A stretch of 64,000 nt of DNA, from contig OZ243938.1 in assembly GCA_965214095.1 (NCBI GenBank), positions 1,344,001 to 1,408,000 on the forward strand, read 5' to 3'. Source of the stretch: Candidatus Poribacteria bacterium (GTDB lineage Bacteria > Poribacteria > WGA-4E > WGA-3G). The position numbers and the translations under genes were made by a program. The notes under the pieces were generated by a model. That model was not told the origin of the DNA, ran no database searches, and was given only the letters and a program-made list of their open reading frames with translations. Shown here piece by piece: positions 51,160-61,210 of this stretch (positions are counted from its first letter, which is position 1; the number at the start of each line of letters is the position of its first letter).

Positions 51160-52632
51160 TTAGTTTTCCGGACGCATTTGGGGAAACAGAATAACATCAC
51201 GAATAGAATATTGATCGGTCAATAACATAGTTAACCTGTCAATTCCAATTCCGAGTCCACCTGTTGGAGGCATACCGTATTCCAATGCACGTAAGTAATC
51301 TTCGTCAACCATAAATGCTTCTTCGTCACCCTTGGCTAAGTTGCTTGCCTGTTCCATAAAACGTTGTCTTTGGTCAATCGGATCATTCAGTTCACTAAAG
51401 GCATTACCAAGTTCCATCCCACAAACAAAGAATTCAAAACGTTCAACAAAATCAGGATTTTCTGGTTTCTTCTTTGCAAATGGTGATACTTCTATAGGAT
51501 AGTCATAAATAAATGTCGGTTGAATCAGTTTAGACTCAACAAATACATCAAATAGTTCAGCGATGATTTCACCCCTCGGTTCGTCACCATCTAATTCAAT
51601 ACCTGAGTCAACTGCAGTTGAGTGTAGTTCATGTGCAGATAACGATTCAGGATCAAATGAACTATATTTTTGGATAGACTCAATCATACTCATTCTATCC
51701 CAAGGTGGTGCGAAATCTATTTCCTGTTCCTGATAGGTGATTTTTGTTGTTCCATGAAGTTCCTCTACTGTTTGAGCAATCAGGTTTTCTGTTAACTCCA
51801 TTATTTCTTTGTAGTCAGCGTACGCCTGATAGAGTTCTAACATCGTGAATTCGGGGTTATGGTCTCGGTCCATCCCCTCATTCCGGAAGTCTTTCGAAAA
51901 CTCATACACTCTGTCAAATCCACCTACGATAAGTCGTTTCAAGTATAATTCATTTGCAATTCGGAGATAGAGTGATTGGTCTAAGGTATTATGATATGTT
52001 GTGAATGGACGTGCACTCGCTCCACCGTAGATTGGTTGAAGGACTGGTGTCTCAACTTCAATAAATTCGCGTTCGTTGAGCATATCACGTATGGATTGCA
52101 CAATCTTTGTCCGTTGGACAAATACTTCTTTCACCTCAGGATTCATGATGAGATCAGCATATCGTTGCCTGTAACGTGTCTGCTTATCTTGCAATCCGTG
52201 CCATTTTTCTGGGAGTGGTCGGATAGATTTTGAGAGGAGTTCAACCGAATCTACGAGAATCGTTAGTTCACCTGTGCGTGTCCGAAAGACTACTCCTGAT
52301 GCCCCGATAATATCACCAACATCAAATCGACGATATATGATGTAAGAATCGGCACCGACTCCATCACGTCGGACATAAATCTGAATCTGTCCAGTACTAT
52401 CCTGCAAATTGACAAAACTACTTTTCCCATGATCGCGTTTCGTCATTATCCTGCCAGCAACAGTGACGCGGTGGGTTTCATCAGGCGTTTCAGTAACTTC
52501 ATCATATTCTTCACGGATATCTAATGTTGTATGGGTCGGGGCATATTGATGTGGATAAGGGTCAATACCTGCTTTACGGATTTCATTCAATTTCTCTTTG
52601 CGTTGACGCATTAAGTCGTTTGTTTCTTCCAT
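51160..52632 (-). CDS. lysS: Lysyl-tRNA synthetase (class II)
   Basis: RYRQRY, FRNEG..HNPEFTMLE, YGMPPTGGLGIGIDRL. Confidence 0.97.
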   Translation of the reverse strand: MEETNDLMRQRKEKLNEIRKAGIDPYPHQYAPTHTTLDIREEYDEVTETPDETHRVTVAGRIMTKRDHGKSSFVNLQDSTGQIQIYVRRDGVGADSYIIYRRFDVGDIIGASGVVFRTRTGELTILVDSVELLSKSIRPLPEKWHGLQDKQTRYRQRYADLIMNPEVKEVFVQRTKIVQSIRDMLNEREFIEVETPVLQPIYGGASARPFTTYHNTLDQSLYLRIANELYLKRLIVGGFDRVYEFSKDFRNEGMDRDHNPEFTMLELYQAYADYKEIMELTENLIAQTVEELHGTTKITYQEQEIDFAPPWDRMSMIESIQKYSSFDPESLSAHELHSTAVDSGIELDGDEPRGEIIAELFDVFVESKLIQPTFIYDYPIEVSPFAKKKPENPDFVERFEFFVCGMELGNAFSELNDPIDQRQRFMEQASNLAKGDEEAFMVDEDYLRALEYGMPPTGGLGIGIDRLTMLLTDQYSIRDVILFPQMRPEN

Positions 52633-52667
52633 ATCTCTACCCTCCTTTCTTTTTTAAGACCATATTA

Positions 52668-52696
52668 ATTATACTCTCATTTTCTGTCTAATGCAA
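52668..52696 (-). promoter_or_regulatory. sigma70 promoter for lysS
   Basis: TTGCAT-N17-TATAAT. Confidence 0.6.
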
Positions 52697-52711
52697 TATG
52701 AAAACAGATAA

Positions 52712-54100
52712 TCACTTACGTTTCAGTTCTCCCCATTGCACTAAACGCTTACCGACTGGAGCAACACTGAGAAAACCACTAACATTGGATTGCGGACCCA
52801 TTCCTGTAGCGGGACTCTGTTCCATTAGTCTATAATCACCTCTTTCTGCATCAACAAAGAGCGGGTCAGCATCAATATTATCTACATATATTAGTTTTTG
52901 TCCATCAGCTTCTCTATTTAGTCCATTCAATCCACCACCGATATTACTTGACTTGATATATACCTGATTTCCGCCAGCCAAAATCTCATCATACTTACCT
53001 TCAGATTTATTTCCCCATACGATTGAATTTGTTAGGGTTAATCTACGCGAAAATGTTGGAAGACCATTGAAAAAGAGGCCTCCACCAAATTGGACAGAAG
53101 TATTCTGTGTGATTGTTGTATGAGAAATAGTTACGCTACCCATCCAAGATTCAATATCCAATCCACCACCCCATTTTGATGCTTCGTTTTCGGCAATGAT
53201 ACACTCGGATATGTTTAACGTACAAGTTCTACTACATGAAACCCCTGCTCCAGATTCTGCTGTGTTTTGTCTAATGGTAGTCTCTATGATATCCAAATTA
53301 GTATTATTAGCGACTTCAACACCACCGCCACTATTCCGCTCAATTAGTGATTTTGAGATGAGATTAGTACTTATAAACCAACTCCCTTGACAGACTATGC
53401 CACGAAGACTGTTATTAGATACAGTACATTCTCTGATTTCAACACTCAGACGACCTTCACTATAAATGCCACTACCTGTGTTACCTCTAACTATAGAATC
53501 TAATATTACCGGACTAGATCTATCGATTGCATCCCATATACCTTCAAAATGAACACCACCACTGAAATTTGAACCGACAATGTTATCAGATATAATGCAA
53601 TCTTCAATTAGCACATCAGAATCTTTACAATAAATTCCTCCACCTTTACCACTATAGTCTGCAGGAGTTCCAGCACGGTTTTGTGTAATAATACAGTTAT
53701 TTATTGTTGGTGAGGCATTATCAATGAAAATACCAGCACCAAATTGATGTCTGCCTTTCATGACAGTGAAACCATCAAGGACGGATGCTTGAGTTTCATT
53801 GTTGTTAATAGTGATGCCTCTTGTATTTTCCCTACTTTCAGAGTCTATGATTGTTACCATTGGTCCGTTCTTAGATTTTACAGTTATCGCTTTTCCATTG
53901 AAATTTATATTGACATTTCCATCGCCTCTGTAGAAACCATCACCGACTAATACTGTGTCACCATCTTTTGATGCATCAATCCCAGATTGTATTGTCGGTT
54001 GATCTGCAGGAACGTTAATTATTGCAGCATTAACTTGCGAATATATAAAAATTAAACTTAGAATAACCAATAGTCCTATAAAAACTCTCTTGTTAGTCAT
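52712..54100 (-). CDS. Secreted right-handed parallel beta-helix protein (paralog 4)
   Basis: Signal peptide, TIQSGID..GDTVLV, GGGIYC repeats, DADPLFVD..GDYRL; C-terminal LSVAPVGKRLVQWGELKRK. Confidence 0.85.
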   Translation of the reverse strand: MTNKRVFIGLLVILSLIFIYSQVNAAIINVPADQPTIQSGIDASKDGDTVLVGDGFYRGDGNVNINFNGKAITVKSKNGPMVTIIDSESRENTRGITINNNETQASVLDGFTVMKGRHQFGAGIFIDNASPTINNCIITQNRAGTPADYSGKGGGIYCKDSDVLIEDCIISDNIVGSNFSGGVHFEGIWDAIDRSSPVILDSIVRGNTGSGIYSEGRLSVEIRECTVSNNSLRGIVCQGSWFISTNLISKSLIERNSGGGVEVANNTNLDIIETTIRQNTAESGAGVSCSRTCTLNISECIIAENEASKWGGGLDIESWMGSVTISHTTITQNTSVQFGGGLFFNGLPTFSRRLTLTNSIVWGNKSEGKYDEILAGGNQVYIKSSNIGGGLNGLNREADGQKLIYVDNIDADPLFVDAERGDYRLMEQSPATGMGPQSNVSGFLSVAPVGKRLVQWGELKRK

Positions 54101-54121
54101 ATTTGCCTCCATAAATATGTA

Positions 54122-55513
54122 CTATCTTCTCTTTATATCTGCCCACATCGTTAATTGTTTTCCACGAGGAACAACACTGAGTGTTCCCACACTAGAAGTT
54201 TGAGGTCCCATCCCCTCAGCAGGACTGTTACGACTCAGGCTATAATCCCCTCTATCTGGATTCACGAAAAGTGGATCTTTATCTATATTGTTCTCATAGA
54301 TAAACCACTCTCCATCCGGTTCACGTTCTATCCCTTCAAGTCCATCACGAATATCACAAGAAGTTATTGTTATCGTTCCACCTATTGCTGAAAATTCGTC
54401 GTGCGTTTCATTGGAATTGTTTCCCCATACAATAGAATTGGAAAGAGTAAAATGTGAGGCTTCAATAAATGCATGGACACCGCCACCTCGTTCATTTGCA
54501 GTATTTCGTGATATTGTACAGTTGCTAATAATTGCTTCTCCTCTCGTGGATATTACACCAATACCACCACCAGATTCTGTCGCAATATTTTCTGCAATTA
54601 TACAATTCGATACTTCAATTACAGATGTTGGACTACAAAAAATCCCACCACCGATTTCTCCAACATTTTGCCTAATTATAGAATCCATGATCTTCAACGA
54701 TGATGCCTCACTACATACAACGCCACTATCAGTGTTTTGTTCAATTATACAATTAATGATGGGATTCTGTGTACGTAGAAAAAAGTTGTAGACAATTCCG
54801 CTGCCACTATTCTGAGAAACTTTACAATCTTGAATTATCGGATCAACATCATCAAAACAAAAGACACCACCGCCACTATTGTCTGAGATGGTGCAATTAA
54901 GAAGGGTCGGCTCAGGAGTAATTTCTCTCAATACAACATCGTCTTTTATCCACGCACCATCAAAAAAGACTCCACCACCAAAGGTAGATTTAGCAGTATT
55001 ATTGGTTATAAGACATGAATCAAATACCGCATCAGAATTGAAACAGTAAATTCCACCACCACCTTGAGCATGGAAGTTCGCAGCTACAGCAGTATTCCAA
55101 GAAATGGTACAGTTCATTACCATCGGAGAAGAGTCACAGAAGATGCCTCCACCGAGGTCATGTATGCCGTTCTTAATCGTAAATCCATCCAGTATAGAAT
55201 TATGTGTTTCATCATTTTGGAAGATAAAACCGCGTGTGTTCGGTGTTGATTGACAATCAATAATAGTTGCCTCTGGACCATTCTCGGATTTAACGGTAAT
55301 CTTTTTGCCTTTGAAATCAATGTTGACATTTCCAAATCCTTTATAGATTCCATCAGCAACCAAAACCGTATCACCACTTTCAGCAAGATCAATTCCTTCT
55401 TGGATTGTCATTTTTTCTGGGGCTACATTAATTATTGCCGCAAATGACAGGTTACCTATACAAAGCAAACTAATTATGAAAGTTAGAATTACTAAGAATC
55501 TTGACTTTTTCAT
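54122..55513 (-). CDS. Secreted right-handed parallel beta-helix protein (paralog 3)
   Basis: Same architecture; C-terminal LSVVPRGKQLTMWADIKRR; GGAGGA before MKKSRF. Confidence 0.85.
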   Translation of the reverse strand: MKKSRFLVILTFIISLLCIGNLSFAAIINVAPEKMTIQEGIDLAESGDTVLVADGIYKGFGNVNIDFKGKKITVKSENGPEATIIDCQSTPNTRGFIFQNDETHNSILDGFTIKNGIHDLGGGIFCDSSPMVMNCTISWNTAVAANFHAQGGGGIYCFNSDAVFDSCLITNNTAKSTFGGGVFFDGAWIKDDVVLREITPEPTLLNCTISDNSGGGVFCFDDVDPIIQDCKVSQNSGSGIVYNFFLRTQNPIINCIIEQNTDSGVVCSEASSLKIMDSIIRQNVGEIGGGIFCSPTSVIEVSNCIIAENIATESGGGIGVISTRGEAIISNCTISRNTANERGGGVHAFIEASHFTLSNSIVWGNNSNETHDEFSAIGGTITITSCDIRDGLEGIEREPDGEWFIYENNIDKDPLFVNPDRGDYSLSRNSPAEGMGPQTSSVGTLSVVPRGKQLTMWADIKRR

Positions 55514-55536
55514 CATATCCTCCATGTATATATTTC

Positions 55537-56922
55537 TTATTTGCGTTTCAAATCTGCCCATAATGTCAACTTCTTTCCAACAGAAGAAACACTGAGTGAT
55601 TGACCAACATGTGATTGTGGACCCATGTTTTCTGCCGGACTATGGCGTTTAAGCCTATAATCACCTCTATCAACATCTACAAAGAGTGGATCTTCATCTA
55701 TGTTATCCGCATAGATAAACCACTTTCCATCCGGTTCACGTTCTATCCCTTCAAGTCCGTCACGTATATCACAAAAACTGATACTAATTCTGCCACCAAT
55801 TCCAGAAAATTCTGGATTTGTCTCGTTTGAATTATTTCCCCATAGTATAGATTTCGTCATAGAAAAGAATGATCCTTCTATGAAGGCGTATAATCCACCA
55901 CCGTTATGATTAGCTGAGTTCCGAACAATCGTACAGTTTGTAATTACCGCATCACCGTTAGTAGATAGAACTCCAATTCCTCCTCCAGATTCTGTTGCTA
56001 TATTTTGTGCAATAATACAATCAGAAACATCAATAGAGGATGTAGAATTACAGAAAATACCACCACCGGTTTCACCAATATTGTGTTTGATGATAGATTT
56101 TGTAATCATCATACTGGAATTATCACTGCATTCTATACCGCCTTCGGTGTTAAGTGATATGAGACAATTGGTTATTTGAGAACCACGAGAGACAAATGTA
56201 TTAACTACACCACGACCCTTGTTCTTAGATATTTCAGAATTCAAAATAGTTGTTCTGACATATTCTCTGCTGTATACTCCACTACCGTTATTATCGGTTA
56301 CTGTGCAGTTGATTATACTCGGTTGAAAGTGTTGATCAAGTAAATCTCCATTCACTTCTCTATGGCCCTCTAAGTATACACCGCCGCCATAAGAATCACT
56401 CCAATTGTTAGAAACTGTACATCCTATTATTTTTACATCTGAATTTAGTGCATAAATTCCGCCTCCACGACCAGTGAAGCGATCTTTTGTTTTAGCACTA
56501 TTCCAAGTTATGACACAATCTTTAATGGTTGGTGATGCACCATGACAGTAAATTCCACCACCAAAAGCATGTTTGCCATTGCTGATGGTAAAACCCTCTA
56601 AAACACTATCGTCGGTTTCCGAATTTTGAAAGATAAAGCCTCGTGTATTTTCCTGCCATGCACAATGGATTTTCGTATTCTTGGCACCATTAAGTGATTT
56701 TACAGTAATGCGTTTCCCTTTGAAATCTATGTTAACATTTCCATCTCCTTTATAGGAACCATCTCTAACAAGAACCGTATCCCCATCTACTGCTGCATCT
56801 ATGCCTGATTGAATTGTGGGATGTTCTGTTGGAACGACAAACGTTGCAGCGATAGTTGAGATATTTCCACAAATCAGAATTAAATAGAAAATGAAATATA
56901 CACAACTTCTATAAGTGTTCAT
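55537..56922 (-). CDS. Secreted right-handed parallel beta-helix protein (paralog 2)
   Basis: Same architecture; C-terminal LSVSSVGKKLTLWADLKRK. Confidence 0.85.
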   Translation of the reverse strand: MNTYRSCVYFIFYLILICGNISTIAATFVVPTEHPTIQSGIDAAVDGDTVLVRDGSYKGDGNVNIDFKGKRITVKSLNGAKNTKIHCAWQENTRGFIFQNSETDDSVLEGFTISNGKHAFGGGIYCHGASPTIKDCVITWNSAKTKDRFTGRGGGIYALNSDVKIIGCTVSNNWSDSYGGGVYLEGHREVNGDLLDQHFQPSIINCTVTDNNGSGVYSREYVRTTILNSEISKNKGRGVVNTFVSRGSQITNCLISLNTEGGIECSDNSSMMITKSIIKHNIGETGGGIFCNSTSSIDVSDCIIAQNIATESGGGIGVLSTNGDAVITNCTIVRNSANHNGGGLYAFIEGSFFSMTKSILWGNNSNETNPEFSGIGGRISISFCDIRDGLEGIEREPDGKWFIYADNIDEDPLFVDVDRGDYRLKRHSPAENMGPQSHVGQSLSVSSVGKKLTLWADLKRK

Positions 56923-56949
56923 GTTATCCTCCTATCCTCATGTAACGAC

Positions 56950-58335
56950 TTATCTACGCTTCATTTCAGCCCATTGGACAAGACGTTTTCCTGCTGCGTT
57001 CACACTGAGAGATTTTTCTATAAAATCCTCTTTCTCTTCAATTTCTTCAATTACTCCCTCTTCTGGTTCTTCGCGAGGTGCGGTTGCCCCCATTTCTATG
57101 GCAGGACTGTTACGTCTAAGTCGATAATCACCAGTTTCAGCATTTACGAAGAGAGGGTCTTCATCAATGTTATCTTGATAGAAAATAAACTCTGCCCAAT
57201 TTTCTCCAAACCCTTCAAGTCCGTGTCGTATATCACATGATCTTATACTAACGGTTGGACCCGATCCAAACACTTCTGGGTGAGTGCCTTTTGAATTATT
57301 CCCCCAAATAATAGAATTAGTGCATTTAAAGGATGAACCCCTGAGTTCAACATTCACGCCTCCACCTCTAACATTCGCAGTGTTTCTTGTAATTGTACAG
57401 TAAGCTATAGACGCAAATCCAAAAGAAGAATAAATATCAATACCACCACCTGATTCTGTTGCTATATTTTCTGCTATTACACAACCAATAACTTTAAGCC
57501 TTGATGTAGGACTACAAGAGATGCCACCACCATTTTCAGCTGTATTCTGTTTGATAACCGAATCAGTGATATTTAAACCTGAATATTCAGTGCCTCTTAT
57601 TCCACCACCAGTATTCTGCGAAATCTCACAATATCTTATATGGACAGTGGAGAAGAAATCACTGGCAATACCACAATTTTTGTTTTTAGATATTTTGCAG
57701 CCAATGATTTCAACAGAAGCACCATCAAAAGTAGATATACCACAGTCATTTTCAGATACAATACAATTGATTAGACTCGGTCTATTGAATTGTCCATCTT
57801 CAAAATCCTTGTCAGGATGATCCCAAAAAAAAACGCCAGAACCAGAATAGTTGTTGGATATTTTAGAGTCTATTATTTTCGGATTAGAGGCAAAGCAGTA
57901 GATTCCAGTATTATTTGATAGAATATAGCAGTTCTTAATTGTTGGCGCAGAATTGCTGCAATATATTCCACCACGTTCCTCATGATTTGCATTCATGATT
58001 GTAAATCCTTCTAACACAACATCATTTGTCTCCTCATTTTGAAAGATAAATCCGCGTGTATCGGGAATTAATTGACAGTCGATAATTGTCTCCTTAGGAC
58101 CATTCTCAGATTTAACAGTAATCTGTTTTCCCAGAAAGTCAATATTTACATTACCAATACCTATGTATTTTCCATCAGCGACTAAGACCGTATCACCATC
58201 TTCCGCTAAATCAATACCTGCTTGAATTGAAGGTTGGTCTGCGGGAACTTCAATTACCGCAGCGTATGAAAAAGTATTAGCAAAAACCAAACATAAACAA
58301 ATCAACATATATGCATAGAACCGATTAGTTTTCAT
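56950..58335 (-). CDS. Secreted right-handed parallel beta-helix protein (paralog 1)
   Basis: Same architecture; acidic linker, then LSVNAAGKRLVQWAEMKRR. Confidence 0.85.
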   Translation of the reverse strand: MKTNRFYAYMLICLCLVFANTFSYAAVIEVPADQPSIQAGIDLAEDGDTVLVADGKYIGIGNVNIDFLGKQITVKSENGPKETIIDCQLIPDTRGFIFQNEETNDVVLEGFTIMNANHEERGGIYCSNSAPTIKNCYILSNNTGIYCFASNPKIIDSKISNNYSGSGVFFWDHPDKDFEDGQFNRPSLINCIVSENDCGISTFDGASVEIIGCKISKNKNCGIASDFFSTVHIRYCEISQNTGGGIRGTEYSGLNITDSVIKQNTAENGGGISCSPTSRLKVIGCVIAENIATESGGGIDIYSSFGFASIAYCTITRNTANVRGGGVNVELRGSSFKCTNSIIWGNNSKGTHPEVFGSGPTVSIRSCDIRHGLEGFGENWAEFIFYQDNIDEDPLFVNAETGDYRLRRNSPAIEMGATAPREEPEEGVIEEIEEKEDFIEKSLSVNAAGKRLVQWAEMKRR

Positions 58336-58361
58336 GATATGCTCCTAATATATAGTAGTAT

Positions 58362-59466
58362 CTATTTTGCATCTGGTTTAAGTTTGAGATAACTCTCAAT
58401 AAACGCATCAATTTCACCATTTAGGACTGCGTCAACATTTCCAGTTTCAACATTTGTCCTGGAGTCTTTCACACGTTGATAAGGGTGAAGCACATAAGAT
58501 CGGATTTGACTACCAAAGTCAATATTTCGTCTTTCGGGTTGTAGTTTAGCGAGTTCCGCGTCTCGCTGTGCACGAAAATGGTCATACAAACGAGATCGTA
58601 ACACTTTCATAGCAATATCACGGTTTTTATGCTGTGAACGCTCGTTCTGACACTGAACCATTATATTTGTCGGTATATGTGTAATACGAACAGCAGAGTC
58701 CGTAACATTGACATGCTGTCCACCAGCACCGCTTGCTCGGTAGGTATCTATACGAAGGTCTTCAGCATTTATCTCTACATCAATACTATCATCAATCTCA
58801 GGTGTAACATGCACTGCAGCAAATGAGGTATGACGCCGATTGTTAAAATCAAAAGGAGATAACCGTACAAGACGATGGACACCAGATTCTGCCTTCAAGT
58901 AACCATATACATAAGTGCCTTTAACCAGAATGGTCGCGCCCTTTATCCCTGCCTCATCTCCTGCAGTTAGATCCACGATTTCTGTGGTAAAACTACGCTG
59001 ATCACACCAACGTAGATACATCCGCATGAGCATCCCTGCCCAATCCTGTGCATCAACGCCTCCTGCACCAGGATGTATGTTGAGAATGGCATTGTTTTCA
59101 TCAAACTCACCATCCAACATTAATCGGAGTTCAATTTTATCAAACTGTGTAGCAACAACTGAAAGACCAGTCTGTATTTCCGATTCCAGACTTGAATCAT
59201 CTTCTTCAATAGCAAGTTCAAGAAGAACTTTCAGATCATCAACAGTATTCTGTAATTTCTCAAATTCGCTGATTTCATCTTTGAGTTTGGCAATTCCTTG
59301 ATTGACAGTCTGAACCCTTTGAGAGTTATTCCAAAAATCGCTTGCCATCGCCTCTTTTTCAAGGTCTTCTAACTCTTTCTGTTTGGTAGGTAAGTCAAAG
59401 ATACCCCCTAAGTTCATTCAGTCTGTTTAATACGGCATCTACATCTGCAACTAAATCTGTTAACAT
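58362..59466 (-). CDS. prfB: Peptide chain release factor 2 (programmed +1 frameshift)
   Basis: ATG at 59466 gives MLTDLVADVDAVLNRLNELRGYL, then CTT-TGA-C; the +1 frame has SPF and GGQ motifs. Confidence 0.97.
59394..59409 (-). promoter_or_regulatory. RF2 autoregulatory +1 frameshift site
   Basis: AGGGGG-TAT-CTT-TGA-C, the canonical prfB signal. Confidence 0.95.
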
Positions 59467-59484
59467 AAGTGTCCTTTTATTTTT

Positions 59485-61056
59485 TTATGTTGAATGTGTC
59501 GTTTGAAATCTTTTTATAACAAGATATATTATGAATGATAGACTAATTAGTGCGCAAATTATCGGCAACCAATCACCATATCGTGTGTAAAGTGTAGTTT
59601 TCCCATCTGAGAGTGCTACATCAGCGATCAGAAATTCATCAGAAGTCTTTGGTGTTACGAAACGAGTATAGATCCGTCCATATTTATCAATGGCACATGT
59701 AAACCCACCATTAGCGCACCGAAAAACAGATATGCGGTTTTCTACAGCACGTAAGGGTGCCATTGCTAAATGAAGTTCAGGGAGGGCAGTACCTGAGAAC
59801 CAAGCATCGTTTGTAAGGATTCCCATCACATCTGCCCCTTTTTTGGCAAACTTCCGAAAATGATTAGGAAAAGAGGACTCAAAACATATAGATGTACCTA
59901 CCAATAAATTCTGTTTTTCAGTTGACACATCATCAACATATTTGATCGGTAAAAGATTATGTGTTTTCCCATGTTCAAATGGAGAAAATTGAATAAAATT
60001 TGGCAGAAAATCAACTAACGGCACATACTCACCAAACGGAACAAGCTGCATTTTAGCGTATTTCCCTTGTATCTCTCCGTCCGATGATACTGAGATAACT
60101 CTGTTGTAAAGATTACCTAATGCATCGGGATCCGTAGACCCAATAAGCATTGGAATGTCGCCAATTCTATTCAACATCTGTTTGAAATGGCTATTATAAT
60201 TTGTCCATTCTCCAGATAGCACTTGTCCTCTCACTGTAGTTTCCGGCCATACAATTACATCAGGTTGTTCTTTCGCTACTTCTTCTGTCATATTAAGATA
60301 TTTCATGAATATTGACGGAAACTTCTTTGGATTCCATTTGTCAAGTTGAGGAATATTTCCTGGGACCAGTGCAATCTCTATACTCTCCGTTTCAATGTTA
60401 TCACTTTTTCCTATGGCAGTATATCCATAAATAAGTGTAATTGCTGCAAGTAAACAAGGTGCGATAATTGCAACCAATTCCTTCTGCCATTCATGCCTAT
60501 GACATATTAGTGTAGCAATACCTGCATTAAATAAAACGATTACAAAACTAACACCATAAACACCAGCAATAGATGCAATCTGTATACCAGCATGATAATT
60601 CCACTGTGAATATCCAATATTACCCCACGGAAAACCTGTTAACAACCATCCGCGCACCCACTCTAAACTGATCCAGATAATAGAGACACCGAATGGAAAT
60701 AAAACTCCTGATTGCCAAGGTAGATGATAAACTAACACCGAAAAAACTGCAAAGTAGAGGGCAGTATACCCAACAAGTAGAAAATATCCTAATAAAGTTG
60801 TGGCAATATTGGCATAGGGATATAAGAGGGCGATTGCTATGAGCAAACCTGCGAAAAATAGAAATCCTGCTACATATCCAATACGGAATGCCATCTTCCA
60901 GTTTTCAACACCATCAAGTGCTACCAATAACGGCACTAATCCTAACCATGCAAAAGGAAATAAATTTACACTTGGAAAACTACAGAATAGTAGGATCCCC
61001 GATCCCGCTGCAAACAAATGCTTGTATCGTTTTACAAAACTCAAAATGGTTTCCAC
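59485..61056 (-). CDS. lnt: Apolipoprotein N-acyltransferase
   Basis: TGFPW, VIVWPET, KMQLVPFGEY, ICFES, TNDAWF, RAVENR. Confidence 0.93.
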   Translation of the reverse strand: METILSFVKRYKHLFAAGSGILLFCSFPSVNLFPFAWLGLVPLLVALDGVENWKMAFRIGYVAGFLFFAGLLIAIALLYPYANIATTLLGYFLLVGYTALYFAVFSVLVYHLPWQSGVLFPFGVSIIWISLEWVRGWLLTGFPWGNIGYSQWNYHAGIQIASIAGVYGVSFVIVLFNAGIATLICHRHEWQKELVAIIAPCLLAAITLIYGYTAIGKSDNIETESIEIALVPGNIPQLDKWNPKKFPSIFMKYLNMTEEVAKEQPDVIVWPETTVRGQVLSGEWTNYNSHFKQMLNRIGDIPMLIGSTDPDALGNLYNRVISVSSDGEIQGKYAKMQLVPFGEYVPLVDFLPNFIQFSPFEHGKTHNLLPIKYVDDVSTEKQNLLVGTSICFESSFPNHFRKFAKKGADVMGILTNDAWFSGTALPELHLAMAPLRAVENRISVFRCANGGFTCAIDKYGRIYTRFVTPKTSDEFLIADVALSDGKTTLYTRYGDWLPIICALISLSFIIYLVIKRFQTTHST

Positions 61057-61079
61057 TGAATGAAATTTAGTTTTGGAGT

Positions 61080-61108
61080 ATCATACCATATCTACATGCC
61101 TATGTCAA
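61080..61108 (-). promoter_or_regulatory. sigma70 promoter for the lnt-prfB operon
   Basis: TTGACA-N17-TATGAT with TGn extension. Confidence 0.6.
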
Positions 61109-61178
61109 TTGGTTTGTATGTTGATTGGTGTGTAAAGTCTAAACAATTTCTCACCATTATCTTCCAAATGTCTGGTTC

Positions 61179-61210
61179 GTAGTCGCGCAATTGCGCAATT
61201 GATTGCGCCT
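61179..61210 (+). repeat. GTAG REP variant with internal 8-bp duplication
   Basis: gtagtc-gcgcaatt-gcgcaatt-gattgcgcct; same family as 9085 and 10059. Confidence 0.7.

Noticed and set aside
54295-55774. Diversity-generating retroelement TR/VR pair
   Set aside because: Both copies are inside coding paralogs, the three mismatches are not adenine-specific relative to one template, and no reverse transcriptase is in the window.
59394-59417. ORF-track start of prfB at 59417, or selenocysteine at the TGA
   Set aside because: This is the canonical RF2 +1 frameshift; the true start is 59466. Well known, not novel.
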